From Bigelowiella natans CCMP2755 (Eukaryota > Protista > Cercozoa), in contig ADNK01003302.1 in NCBI GenBank assembly GCA_000320545.1, forward strand, positions 1-64,000: a DNA stretch of 64,000 nt. Direction: 5' to 3'. The position numbers were made by a program, and so were the translations under genes. The notes under the pieces were generated by a model. That model was not told the origin of the DNA and ran no database searches. It worked only from the letters and a program-made list of their open reading frames with translations. Shown one piece after another: positions 23,026 through 37,200 of this stretch. The first letter of the stretch is position 1; the number at the start of each line of letters is the position of its first letter.

Positions 23026-24088
23026 GCGGACCAATGTAGTAATTGGTGCACAAATTTGAAAATTGTTTCATCATCAAAATCTAGATTTTCCGTTGTGGGG
23101 AATCTCGTGGATCGAAAATCTAGATATTCTGCTGTGAGAAATCGTGAATCGAGCGGCCAAATAACTTGCAATTAGTTTTAACAATATGGTGCACCAAACG
23201 ATTTGAATGAGACATGTATCTAGCTACGCAATTGGCCTACACGGTGTGGCGCATGAAATCAAGGTCGCAGTGTTTATAGAAATTATCGAGCGAGGTTTCA
23301 CAATAATCAACATCACATCGTATCGTATTTAGTATGTTTAGGTGGTGCGGCGGCATGCATCCTAGAGAACGTGCATTTGAATGAGAATCTAATGTAGATC
23401 GACTTGGAGAGCGCATGCAATGCGGCACGGCACAGTCTTAGACGCTTCAAAATTAAATGCATATATGCAATGCAAACACATTGCGTCCGCTGCGCCTCTG
23501 ATCTGTGCGAGAGGGCATCAAATTGCGTAAGTCTACAAGCTATATATGTATACAGCTCTAGATATATTACGTTGCCATTATATGATGGTCATTTCGATCA
23601 TGCAACGACGCACACATGTTATGTAACATAATAAAGCAGATAACGATGCTCCGGTGTGATCATGCTGATTTATGCGATATACGTCCAGACTACACACAAA
23701 GCAGTAATACCGTAATGCGTTCTATGCTACGTGCTGAATATCTGCTGCCGGAATTGCTTCAGTGTGTGTAAGACATCGTTATATATAAGACGAATGCAAT
23801 GAATGATTAAATATTTTCAATCATCATCCTAATGTAGCTATGCAATCATATCATTACACCCAAAAGATAAAAGTTTTGAAGGAGCAAATAGTTCCTTAGG
23901 TAGATTAGAAATTTTTATCTCTATCATTTTATCATGTCGATTACGTGGTTGGTTTTATCTAAAATCGGCACACGCATGAAACATGTGCGTGGGATACATA
24001 TTCTTCCTATCAGAAGTTGGTCGTTCTTCATTGAATAATACACTGGTCATCATCCTTCAGGATTGCCTATGATGACAAGTATGCACTA

Positions 24089-26503
24089 CTACTTCTCTTT
24101 CGAGGTTGGAGAGCGCCTCAATTTATCTTTGTTCTGTTTTCTCTTCAACCCGCTTCCACTTTTATTCTGACCTGAGGAAGAGAAAGCGGTATACTTCCGC
24201 CCTCCCGTACTCTTACTAAAATGAGATGAAACTGCTTTGGACGATGATTTCTTTCCCGGACGTGAGGTAGATATAGAACGTTTTTTCTTCCTATCCCCAC
24301 CGCCCTCCTCTTGCCTTCCTCCCTCTCCAGCTGATCTTCTGGGAACGCGGTGTAGACGTGCAGAAAGGGGCTTGCACTTTACCGGCGTCATCGAGAGTTG
24401 GCTCGGTCGCTTGTACAATTTCAGCGAGATACAGCGGCCTGATGACAGAATTGATATTAGCACACACATCAATTTCATTGGAACGGGTGCAGAACCTGCA
24501 ATATTACGGCAATACCCAGAGATACGTTTTCATAATATACACAAACACACAGACACAAATACGCATATTATATATCTCAGTATAACATTTCAACATTTAT
24601 TATGTATAATATATTGATATATTGTACATATATATTTCATGATAATTATCTCATCACCATAGATTATGGTTTCCAATTTTTCGATCCTGTCTCTGAATGT
24701 TTCGTTCACTCGGATCAATTCCTGCGACAAGAATTTTAACTTTTAACTAACATGGGGGACGAAAGCTGTACTTATTAGCTTATCACGTAATTATTGCGTG
24801 ATTGTGTGAAAAAATAGTACAAAACCCTACACACTCACACACACTATGTATAAAAAATATGTATAATTGTGCGTGTGTGTGTTGTGTGCGCACTATGTTG
24901 TTCCATATTTTAGTCTGAACACCTTGTTTTTTTCCTTCGCAGTTTTTCTGTATTTGGAGGTGGAAAACTGCATTTTTGTTGCGCGTGTTTTTGCCTGATG
25001 AAAATACTGAATAAGGATCCTGAAACACGCCCTCGCATTGTTGTAGTTAGTAACTGGACAAGGAGACTCTTTACTGCTCACCACATTACTCTCCACATCG
25101 ACGTCCCCAAAATTAAAAATCAAGGAGGAGGAAGAATTATCAAGAAACAATGCTCTTGACACACAACAAAATTATTAAGATTATGAAAGCGCGTCCTCCT
25201 TTTCTCTGATTGTTGTTTCTTCACTAACTTCTGCAGCAACAATCTTATGGTGAAATACACCGATCAGTCATTCATTCTACGTTAATCGTTCTTCTAAACA
25301 AAGTAAGAGCTGTGATCTACTGTTTTCAAATGATTCTATTTCGCATCTTCTGCATGGTTACTTTTCTAAATCTACACAACCGCTTCGGCTTGTTTGACGC
25401 ATTTCGTCCGTTCTTTGATGAGAGAGATCTGTTTGTTCGAAACAAATCAGAGAGATTAGGAGGAAAAGAGCATGCTGCCTAATGTGCAGGTATAATAATT
25501 ATCACAGTCATCATCATCATCATTAATCTGAATATCCACTACGTTTTGATGACGCAAGAGGTTAATTTTGCTAAGAAGCTCCTAACAAAGGATAGAAGAA
25601 AATAATAGTGATGGCAAATACAAAGACAAGAAAACAAAAAATGAAAATAAGAATTCATAATGAATAATTATTATTATCAAAGAGAAAACTCGAAGTCGTT
25701 TTGACCAATACCTCATTTTGATGGTCGATGCTTCCAGCCCGCTTCTGTTCCTGATTACCCAGAAGAAGAAGACGAAGAAGAAGAAGAAGAAGAAGTCAAG
25801 GGACAACAGAGATCATGAATGCCGATTAGAAAAAATGGTCAAGATGCAAGATATCTGTGTACGATAGTCTTTGTTAAAGCATTTAATCAAATCCTTTCAT
25901 TACACTTGTACCTCACTCAAAACGGATTATCAGTTAATAGCTTTCATCATATTTATCACCTTTTTCACGATATCATGGAGTTCTTCCAACAGGTGTATCG
26001 CCGTAGAATATCTTGATATTAGGGATTTGCGACATTACAACAACAACAAAAGAAAGTGAATATATGAAAGAATCTACCAGTTTTCAGTGCTGATACGTAA
26101 AGCTAATATAGAAGTTTACACTCGAATTTATCGATTTTGTCATCATCCTCTCATTTCTTCTTATCCTGTCTCACAATCGCTCACTTCTTCTTCTGAGATG
26201 CCGTCGTTGAAACCAAAGCCGTAATCTATTTGCAAATGGAACATCGCCATCATTTCATGCTATTCGATATTACTACACCCTTCTCATCATTATATAACAA
26301 TGGATATTTGTTTATGCTATAATATCCTTTGAAAAAACAAATAAAACGACCTTATCTTGAGCCTTGTCAAGCGAGGTTCTGGAGTTCTTCTTGTTCTCTG
26401 GAAAGCATAATCAAATGTCAATCTACAGCAAAATTCTGATGATTCATATTTAATGTATATGATCATGCGCGCGCGCATGTGTGTGTGTGTGTGTGTGTGT
26501 GTG

Positions 26504-26542
<39 letters not shown>

Positions 26543-26695
26543 ATACTGAAATTGATGACAACAATGACGATGGGAGCTGTGGTGCTGCTATGACGACCAC
26601 AACGACGACCACCTTCGAATTCGGCACGAATCTCACGGTTCGTCGATACCTGCGATCATATAAAAAAACATGGCTTAATAATCTGTGATGAATGA

Positions 26696-26727
<32 letters not shown>

Positions 26728-27802
26728 TAGTGATGATGATGGTGAAAGGGAATGGTTGTCAGTGAGGACTTTCCTTACGCGTAATGAGGCACTACTACAC
26801 TGAAAGAGCAAACACCATTTCATCGGTGTTCCTCCTTACCAACAATTCTTCGCCCAAACAAGACGACGACAGGGAATATATTTTACACATAATTATATTT
26901 AAGTTATTTTATTTAATATGTATCGTTTCAATCATACTGCTTCTGCGAGCCTGGTTTCGGTAGCAGACAAGACACCTTTGTGCAATGACAACAACAAATA
27001 ACAACAATCATAATAAATAATAATCATAATAATAATACGATGAAAATCCAACTTTGTGATAGCTGTGGGCCCAACAATACTTCGCATATTCCCTTTCTAG
27101 CTAAAAAGAGTAAAAGAAATCCTTCAAGTGTTGCTTGCTACCACCTTGAAGATAAGACACCTGTCTCCGTAACTCCACAAACTCTCGACTAATAAGAGCG
27201 AAGAAACGAGTTTCATTTTCATCAATCTTCAAATATATTTTCAAAGATGGGGACTTTCTTTAACTTTTTAAATACTAGCGCTGACGTTTATTCAATGATT
27301 GAGAATCGCTTATCCTACCACTACCACATCCATCGATCTCATTTTATACATGTTCTGTACTCTTTTCTCATTATTCTTTCAGGAAAAAGGGGGAAATACT
27401 GCTGTTTACTGTTTCGTGTCAGCTGTCATGCGGCTCCATTCCTGCAATGGAAGGGGGGGGAGGCGGAACAAAATTTTGGATAAATTTTCAAATAAGACCT
27501 TTCCAATGATATCGATGAAAATCTTGCAAGTACTACCGACTTTCGGTTGTGATAACGGAATTACAAGCACAGGGGAAAATAAATGATTTTTTGGTGCAGG
27601 TTAGACCATTTTAAGGAAAAACAACTACTTGAATCGAGTTTTGCACCCTTGTCAACTCAGCAAATTTTCTCCTACAAGTGATGGTGGCGGAGAAGGGTAA
27701 AAACAAGGTTTAGAAGTCATTCGATATAGGATAATATACACACAGCATAGATTAACAAAGTATGATTTGAAATTAGGCGCGCGCATGTGTGTGTGTGTGT
27801 GT

Positions 27803-27839
<37 letters not shown>

Positions 27840-28655
27840 AAGGGGAGGAGTGTTGAGAAGAGAATGAATGGGAAGATTGATGACATACAAAGAGTGTTTA
27901 TGGGCTTCTCGCTCTTCAAATAACTCCAATCTGGACGAAGTAAGACATTTTCGGGGAGAGTGATGAAATCATACGCAAACTAAACACGGTCTTCCAAGAA
28001 CATGCTCATATTGCAGAAAGAAATGCAAATATCGAAACGTCTACGAACTGGTAGACTTCTTGGAAAAGAATATACAATAACAACTACGAACTGGTAGATT
28101 TCTTGGTAAAGAATATACAATAACAATCCAAAACAACAGAAACAGTGAAGAAATAGCTTCGCCACAACGCCGATGTGGTTGCGAGAGAACATAGTGAATC
28201 GATGAATAAAGAAAAGTATCGCACCTCAGGCTGTCTACCACTTTACTCAACGCATAATTTGCGCGGTTTTTATCGATTTTAGTTTTGCTGTTGTCCCCTC
28301 CTCCTCCAATCGCAGTCGAGAATGATGCTGAGACGACTTGAGCAGACGTCCTGACGCCAAAGGTGGTTCTCTTATAGAATCCCTCACTTCCATGATCGTA
28401 GCCATTGCCGCCTCCACCATCGTTGTTGACACCACCACCTTCCTTCATCGTCCTGGAATGGATGATGTCGTCGTTTCCATTCTTGTGCACTACATCGCAC
28501 AACTTTGGCGGTGATACTACATTGTTGAGATGGAGGAACGGTACAGCAGCAGCAGCAGCAGCAGCAGCCTCAATACGAGCTTGCATTCCATCACCTCCTC
28601 CTGTAGCAGTAGCTGTTGACGTGTTCTCATATATCATCCCTTTCTTCTTCTTCAT
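24089..28655 (-). CDS. Multi-exon hypothetical protein (start unresolved)
   Basis: Minus-strand ORF pieces 28041-28655 and 24089-24478 and intervening exon-like segments bounded by GT-AG and microsatellite-rich introns. No homology recognised. Confidence 0.4.
28041..28125. repeat. 43-bp tandem duplication
   Basis: CTACGAACTGGTAGAYTTCTTGGWAAAGAATATACAATAACAA x2. Confidence 0.85.
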
Positions 28656-29246
28656 GCGACCTGACCGGAATAACTATCCCTAACCATAGCCTCTTGTTGC
28701 TCTGCTCTACGGAATACGTCGAGCAATGTTCTCAACCTGAGATTATTTCACAAACATTAAGGCCACTTGCTCTAGAATCTTCAGTGTGATCCTTTTCTTC
28801 TTCTTACGACCATACTTATGGAATATTTTGAAAGCTAGTTGCCACTTAAAATACTGCATAGATATGGCGCCTTGCCCAATCGCATCCACGGTAATGGTAA
28901 AAAGAATAGTGAGTAAAGCTACAAAATACTACAAATTCAGTGTACGCTGGACATTCTTAGTGCCTCTGCGTATTGATGGATGGAATTGCTCGTTCAAATA
29001 GCCAGAATAACCCATTATTCCCCACCCACCTTTCCTGAGAGTTGCGTTATGATTATGTGTTCGAATCAGTGGTTTCGATATTACGAGATTCCTGAGTATA
29101 AATATTATGACTGTTAATTAAATACCGATAAATATATCATTCGGGATATTTATAGGATATTACTAGCACATAATATTGACTAACTACTGGCCCTGTTTTA
29201 GTACATAGCTACGAGTTAGACAAGAACAAGTAAGTGTATTATGTTC

Positions 29247-29525
29247 TAGATAGTCATAATTTATATAATGATACTACTACCACTTACTGCTACCTATTTT
29301 TAAGAACAACGAACAACAAACAACAACCGGGAAAGTATTTAGATAGTCATAATTTATATAATGATACTACTACCACTTACTGCTACCTATTATTAAGAAC
29401 AACGAACAACAAACAACAACCGGGAAAGTATTTAGATAGTCATAATTTATATAATGATACTACTACCACTTACTGCTACCTATTATTAAGAACAACGAAC
29501 AACAAACAACAACCGGGAAAGTATT
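29247..29525. repeat. 3 x 93-bp near-perfect tandem repeat (minisatellite), probably intronic
   Basis: Units start at 29247, 29340 and 29433, with one substitution seen in unit 1. Follows a CAA|GTAAGT donor-like site near 29230. Confidence 0.95.
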
Positions 29526-29645
29526 CAGACTAATCACCTAAACCCACCTCTCCTCCTCCTCCTCCTCCTCCTCCTCCTCCTCCTCCTTTTCCTCTTCTTC
29601 TTCCTCTTCTCCAATACACAAGTAGAACTCTTCTTCTTTCCTCTC

Positions 29646-30348
29646 TAATACAGGAGTAGGACTGAAACCAACCTGAAGATATATCCACGATCGTACGACT
29701 TGAATGACGATTTTTCGTCTGTGGACTACATGCGCTTAAGGAGATTTCGGGTCCCGGGGGGGATGATGGTGATGGTACCACGGCCTCCACGGATTTCGCG
29801 CCAAATTCTTAGCACATTGGGATGGTCTGCAGGATTCTCCTCGAAGAACGATGGCCTTGACAAGGCATGTATCAAATACATTGTCGATTGATAATTCATT
29901 CAAGCTTAGCGTGTTCCTCCCATAGAAATGCCTCTGCCTCTGTTTCTTCTTCTTCTTCTTCTTCTACCACGTCTTTCTCTTTTCATAAAAGTATTTGCTC
30001 ATTTACTCTGGTGGTGCTTTTTTTGCAGACAATAGCAGAGGCGAACAAATTATTCGCTGAGGATTTTGGAATGCAGTCTTTGAGTTCCCCTTTTGATTCT
30101 GGGACTATAGAACAGTATGGGGGGAATAGTTGCAACACGATAGCACAGATCTCAAATAGATCATCGAACTCCCATGCAAAGAAAGACACAAAGCTCAATG
30201 GAGGATCCAAATCTAGAAACGGGGCTGTGAGGAGGATACAGACCCTCCTTGTTGAGGCCCAATCGCAACTCCTCAAGGTAGATAAAGGCTACAATCTCAT
30301 AACACAGCTGCCAAGTTCCAGCAACTTGCTCTTTTTGTAAATTACGTA

Positions 30349-30385
<37 letters not shown>

Positions 30386-30563
30386 GTACATACTGATTTT
30401 GTGCCATGCAATTTGACAATGATGCGTTGCTCACCACAATTCATTTGTGGTTGTGATGATGCAGCTCGAGGAGGATGTCATTTCGCTGTCGAGTGAAAAT
30501 GAAAAGCTCAAGATGGAACTTGCAAAATTTGTCTCCAAAGAAAGCGACAACGCACCCGAATGA
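29646..30563 (+). CDS. Spliced hypothetical protein with C-terminal coiled coil (start uncertain, may lie near 28980)
   Basis: Exons ...DFSSVDYMRLRRF...NDGLDK / TIAEANKLFAEDF...EAQSQLLK / LEEDVISLSSENEKLKMELAKFVSKESDNAPE*. The last intron is phase-0 GT-AG. Confidence 0.5.
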
Positions 30564-32265
30564 TAAATTCCATCGTCGCATCGTCAAAGACAAATTGGAA
30601 GAAACTGAACAAGAATAGGTGCATGTAAGACCTGATATCTGGGCATCGCACCTTGCGACGCCAAATAATGATTAGCTCACGCACTAATGCATCTCCACAT
30701 ACAACTAGTCTTGGTGTTGAATATGAGCATGCTAATTCACTACATACATAGATTTGACACAATCTAGACAATGTCGACCCAGGCCATCCATGCTCCTTGC
30801 ATGTTGCTGGTAGGAGCGGCCGTCATATTACGCATGAATGAAGTTATGTTTCGTAAAATATATCTAGATCTAGAGATATATGTGGCAATGGTGAGCATGA
30901 TCTGTGGCACGTACAGTGCTATATGTGCCGAACAATTTGACACCGTTAACCATCCATGTTGGTCATCTGGCTCACGCTTACCTAGTCATAGTTACACTGA
31001 CATGTGCATATGATGGTGTACACTGCTACAGATAGTCTTGCATTTGATGAGCGAAGGAGTTCGTTTAGCAGATCTGGCACATTCCATTCAAGCATTGTAG
31101 CGCATACAATGTGTGTAATGTGCTACAGCTAACTAGCTAACAAGAACCATACATGTGCATCCGGTCAAGACATGCGCACGCTGCTGGACGTACTGTTATC
31201 TAGTTATGTTTGTTAGCAGGTTGCATAGACGGCGGTGCTACGACCTCATAAAGACAGCAAGCTTTAGAAGTCGCCCCGTGCGCAATTATATTCCGTCTAA
31301 AATAACTAGCAAAGACGGAAGCCAGGCACTTATTATCTATTATCCACATATATAGTCCGTCTTGCTACATACGCGCACTGAGCACGTAGTGATGTCCGAC
31401 AGTATCTAGAGTATGGCTAGATGGGCATGCCACGTACGCGGGTAAATAGTAAATAGCGCAATGTGTGACGGGCAAAGCATAGCGCGTACAAATTAATATC
31501 GCTCATCACACTCATGCCGCATGCAAGCATGTGCCATTGTGTTGAGCGCTAGAGCGTTCAGCATAAGCTTATTAATGAAGAAAATTATCTCCATGTTAGC
31601 TAGCGCATGCTAGCATGGCCTATCTGCCTAGTATCCTACGGCATGGATCCAGATGAAATACATAGCACACACACGAGCGTCACTTCATTACATCCGTTTC
31701 ACACGAGCGTAGAGCATGCATGGAAATAGCACCCACTCATCATCTGTCGATTTTTTTTGTTGTTCCATTCATCGCCACCTAGTCATGCCATTGTAGGAAC
31801 AAAATATTTTTATGAAATGGGATGTACAGAAGATCATGTGCATAACATGCATCACATACAGTCTATTTATATCTTCACTGTTTCTGATGTTCATAGATTT
31901 TACATTCTCAATATGCACAACATGTACCACATGCGAACCATAAGAACTTTTCGAGCGGTAGAATGCAATGCGGGTGTAGTGGCAGTCCAATTTATATTGG
32001 CGCGGAAGTGAAGATTTCAATTAAATTCTACACCCACTATGAGAATATTAAAGAAAGTGCTGGAAGTTTTACTTCTTTCTACAAGTTGTTACTTGTCATA
32101 GTGCGCCTTTGAGGTTCAAGCACGCCACCATACGACATACGAGAATAGAATTTTAAAGTTTTGAAAATTGCAGATCCTGGTTGGGATCTTGTATACGTTC
32201 GGGCAAATGCTTTTGCAGGAAAGGACATTCAAAGAAACTTGGGACATCTCTCGATTAAAGGTATA

Positions 32266-33876
32266 TCATTTCTTTTGATGTTGGAACTTATTTATTACTA
32301 TGCCCAGTAAAATGATAATGAGAATCAGGAGAATCCCAAAGCACCACCAAAATTTTTTCGAAGCTTTTACGGAGTATTGATTCGCCTACCATGGACGCAA
32401 TGTCAAACAGAAAATACTAAAACATTAGCTTATATTCTGACCTGTTCAAGCTCCACATTCCCTGCAACAACCCGCTGGTGTGTGAGTTCAATTTGATAGT
32501 CAATTCTGTCCAGCACCGTCCCCTGAAGAATCATGGTGTGAAATTTGGAGACTTTTAAGGGATGGGCTATTTCTACCTGCTCTACTACTAAAATGGACAT
32601 CTCTCGAAAGATTTGGTTCAATTCCCGAACTGAGTCCACAATCCTGAGGTTGTTGCAAATTATATTCATACGATCGATGAAAATGATTATCAAACTTTAC
32701 TTGTCAATATCAGCCTGTCTCTGATCAGCTCTTCGGTCATTTTCTATCAGCTGAAGTTGCTGTTCATCGGTAAGCATTTGACTGGCCTAATCAATGCAAA
32801 CTTACAATGTCAACGGCATAAGACTTTCTGATTTCAACGATAGTTTTCACCTTATCTCCATCCTTGCTATCAAAAAATTCGTTTCCTGCGTTCTCCTGAT
32901 TTTTCTTTCCTGAGAACGAAAGAATGAAAATTGCCTTAGATTTTGGTCATGTTCAAGTAGTATGTTAATTTGAAATGAAGTAAAATAATCAACACTTAAA
33001 GGATTGTGAACACACACCACACAACACACACATAATTTATTTAGACACATTAAATTTATACAATACTACGTGGGTGAAGGAATTTTCTGATTTTAGCCGA
33101 TTCCTCTAAACTGTAACTACTATATTCGTGTGGATTCATCACTTACTTAATAAAAAATTCTTTTGCTTGTTCTTATGGCTTTTTGATAGAGTTTGGATTC
33201 TTCTTGCAAGCGATCTGCGAAGGGATGCACATGCATGCATTAGTTACTAAATTACATGAAAACAAAATTAATGTATGGAACTCTTCACACTTATTGTAGC
33301 CGTCAATTTCATGCGCACTGCTTTCGCTACCTCATGACGTTCAAGCGAACCACTCTTTCCTGTATTGGAAGCTGTTTGCCCTCAGGATTGCCGATAGTTG
33401 CGATCCGCTTCAGATTTTTGTCCGCTCTACGAAAGATCTATAGAGTAGATAATCAAAGAGAGTTCGTATATAAGATAAAATTATCACCCTCGTTATCTCC
33501 TGTGCAAGGATTTCAATCTCCTTTTCCTGGGAAAGGACATCCTTGGTGAAGCTGACTTTGAGTCTAGCTTCGTAAAGACTTGAGAGTTCTTTCACTGAGA
33601 TAGATCCCAGTTAGATCATGTGAAATATTTTCCAGAAGACGTTTGAGTAAACCATTATTTACCTTTTGCAGCTGCGGCTTTCATATCATCCTCAATCTTG
33701 TCGACGATATCCACCCATTCGGGCGGCAGAGCATTGCGGTCCATGCTGTACTCATCCTTTTCATCTTGGTTCTCCAGGAATTGAGAATCACTCCCATCAC
33801 ACCTATCAATGCTGTCCGCACGACCGCTTTGGTTCCGGAGCTGAATGAACAGACGTGTCCGGTTCCTGGTCGCCAT
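32266..33876 (-). CDS. STX16: Syntaxin-16 / Tlg2 / SYP4-type Qa-SNARE, multi-exon
   Basis: N-peptide MATRNRTRLFIQLR; LPPEWVDIVD; SNARE motif VRELNQIFREMSILVVEQ/GTVLDRIDYQIE; C-terminal TM ...FGISLILIIILLGIVINKFQHQKK*. Confidence 0.93.
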
Positions 33877-34273
33877 TCTCAAGGAAGGACAGTTTTGACG
33901 ATTCGCGTTCAGTTGCTTGAACGGCATTCCCGAAAACTTCCTTAGAAAAAATACGGAAATTTTAAGTATGCGTCTTCATGAAATGGTTGTCGTATGTGAA
34001 AATAAGAATATTATGTTTGGAAATAATCGCAGGAAAACCCATTTCAAAGTGGAAAAATCCAATCGAAGTTCAAAATACGCCTGCAATACGAACAAATCGC
34101 GCGCACTCTCATTTGTAAGCTACAAGATTTGTATGTGAGGATTTAATCTTTATGAAATTCCTCTCATATCTCTCTTGGTGCGACTTGTATTTTCGATTAA
34201 TAATTGACTATCTTGGAGATTCATCTTTGCGCTCTGCTATGTCATAATCTGAGGCGAATATTAGACCCAGACA

Positions 34274-37200
34274 ATGGCTGAGGTTCTTCATCCCTTTCAC
34301 TACCTCACACCCACGCACGCACGCATACAGACTGGTTGAAAATTTGGGAATAATTTAAATTATTGTGCAAAATTTCCTTCTCCACACCTTAAATGTATTA
34401 CGATGCACTAGTCTGCGCTAATGAGCTTTGAGACTCTGTCTGAACTACTGATCTGACCGAGTCTGTACAAGCGATGGAACTCTATGATGAAATGATGTTT
34501 CTCCTGCAAGAGTCTTGAATTATTTTCAAATATATCAGAAAAACGAGAAACTGGCCACCGTAGACCCTGTCCCGGCGGAGGAGGAGGCAAAAACGAAGGA
34601 AAAGAAGGAGATGGAAAAAATGAAGGAAGAGGATATGAAACCAAAAACTAAAGAAGATGAAGAAGAGGGAGACGAAATGGTCTGCATCTGTTTAAGATAC
34701 ACTCTTGTTAGATGGCTTACGTTTCCGTACATGTTGTGTGAAGTCTGAGGAAGATCGAAAGCTCAAGGAGACCCTGGAGCTACTCGTTAAGCAAGTCCAG
34801 AAAGATTTCGCTGCTGAAAAGGACGAAGCATTGCAGAAGTCAGCTATCGATAAATTGCGCGATCATGTTCGATCGTCTACAAGCTCGATGACTTCTGTAC
34901 CGAAGCCTCTCAAATTTCTGAGACCTCATTACAAGGAACTAAAAGAGTTCTTCGAAAGCATGAGGGCGGGTTCAAATAAGGTAGTAGAGTGTACGCAGAG
35001 TTTATATCAGAGTTTGTTTGACAAAGTTTTTGCAGAAACTTCTCGCCGATATTCTGTCGGTTCTCGCAATGACTATGGGAAAGCAGTCCCGTGAAAGCTT
35101 GAAGTACAAACTCATCGGCTCAGATGAACCTCTGGGCTCCTGGGGCCACGAGTATATTAGGTATAAAAAATACGTACAAATCGCTTGTTGCTTTCTTAAT
35201 GGGTCCTCTTTCACAGAAATCTCTCCGGTGAAATCGGTGTTGAGTACAACGAGCGTCTAGAGAAGGAAGAAAAGACTGAAGACCTGTAGGATTTCTTACA
35301 TATACATGTTGAAAAGTATCGAGTACGTTAATGTGTTCGATTCATTAGGATAAAGCTTGTTGACGAAATCATTCCATTCAATATGAAACACAATTCTGAA
35401 GCAGATGCTTGCGATCTTCTTATGGAGGTAGGTATTGTAGTATATATTTCCTGATCCAGCTTAAACTAGATATTTTCCAAGGTTTCAATGCTTGACAAGA
35501 TTCAAGAGTACGTGAACAAAGATAACCATGCCCGTGTCTGTCGATATCTTCTTTCTTGCTCGGATTACTTAAGCGATGAAGAAGAGATTACGAAGTTAAT
35601 GAAAATAGTTTCTACCGCTTACCGAAAATGCGGGCAGATGTGCGATAGTTTAAGAGTGGCAATAAAACTCAACGATCCAGCACTTGTGAAGGAAATTTTC
35701 GACGAAAGCAAAGGGTAAACTTCTAGTATGATTCTGTTTATTTCCCCTTTTAAATAAAATTTTCTGCAAAACCTTTAAAGGATTGAGAAAAGGCAACTTG
35801 CTTTTGTCATCGGGTCCGTAAAATATCCTATTGGAGAGTTCGAAGACGACGAAGAGGAGGAGGAACTCTTAGATATCATTGGCAACGTTCCGGTACGAAA
35901 TATTTTCCTAGATCTCGTCTGTCATCCAATTCTAATTTCTAGATCTATTAGTTGACCAAATTATATAATACGTTGGCGATGGAACTCGACGTCCAAGATG
36001 CTAAGACGCCAGAGGATATTTACAAATCGCACCTGGCTGACTCGGTAAGCAACCGACTGCAGCGTTCCAGACCAGCGAATGTCGATTCTGCTCGCAAAAA
36101 CCTTGCAGATTCATTTGTGAACGGATTCGTTAATGCTGGCTTCTCGAAAGACAAAGTTATAACCCCAAAAGGTGGCATACGCACTAGTTCACAACGAGAG
36201 AAGATCACATGATGGATTTTGTGGCTTAGGTTCGGACTGGGTTTTTAAGAACAAAGATCACGGGAAAATCAGCGCTGCAGCTTCCCTAGGAATGGTCTAC
36301 CTATGGGATACAGACGTTGGCGGCAACGAAATTGACAAATACAGCATGTCTAAGCAGAAGCAAGTGAAGGGCGGAGCTCTGTTGGGTATTGGTATCTGTT
36401 GTGCCGGTGTCACAGGTTCCATGTCGATGGCTCTCGCTCTTCTTTCAGACTACGTTGAAGAAAACGATGCGACGACAAAGACGATGGCAACGTTAGGATT
36501 GGGCATTGCTTACTGCGGAACTGGCAATGAGGAGGTTTCAGAGATTTTATTGAAGCTTGTGTCCCTAGAAAGCGAATCTATGGAGATTGCCTCAATTGCT
36601 AGTCTGGCTCTAGGGATGGTTTTCGCAGGGACTGCGAATGAGGAGATATCAGCTGCAATCTTAGACGTTTATCTCTTTGCTGATGAAAACCAATGCAAGG
36701 ATACCTCAGCAATTTACCTTTGCATCGGACTCGGTCTTCTATATCTCGGGCAAAGGGATACTTGTGAGCCAATCTTAGAGGCTACACAAGCCACTGAGAA
36801 CCCAATCTCGAAATATATGTCACTAACCATTGAAACATGCGCATATGCTGGCACCGGTAATGTTCTTTTGATCCAGAAGCTTCTAAAAGAAGCCAGTGAA
36901 CACATCGATGATGAAAAGATCAACAGGTAGTCTTCAGTATTGTCGCTCTGCTCACAAAAGTTGATTCAACAAATCTGTTATTAGGCATCAAGCAGTCGCA
37001 GTACTGGGACTGGCAATGGTGTCAATGGGGGAGGATTTGGGTAAAGAGATGATTGTGCGTTCGATGGATCACATCCTCCAGTATGCCGAAGTGAACGTTA
37101 CGCGTGCTGTTCCGCTGGCTTTGGCGTTACTAAACGTGTCCAATCCGGATGTATCGATCATGGATACTCTAAGTAAATTGACCCACGATGCCGACCAACA

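Noticed and set aside
29234-29533. 99-aa repetitive ORF or CRISPR array
   Set aside because: Head-to-tail tandem repeat with no unique spacers; the ORF exists only because 93 is divisible by 3.
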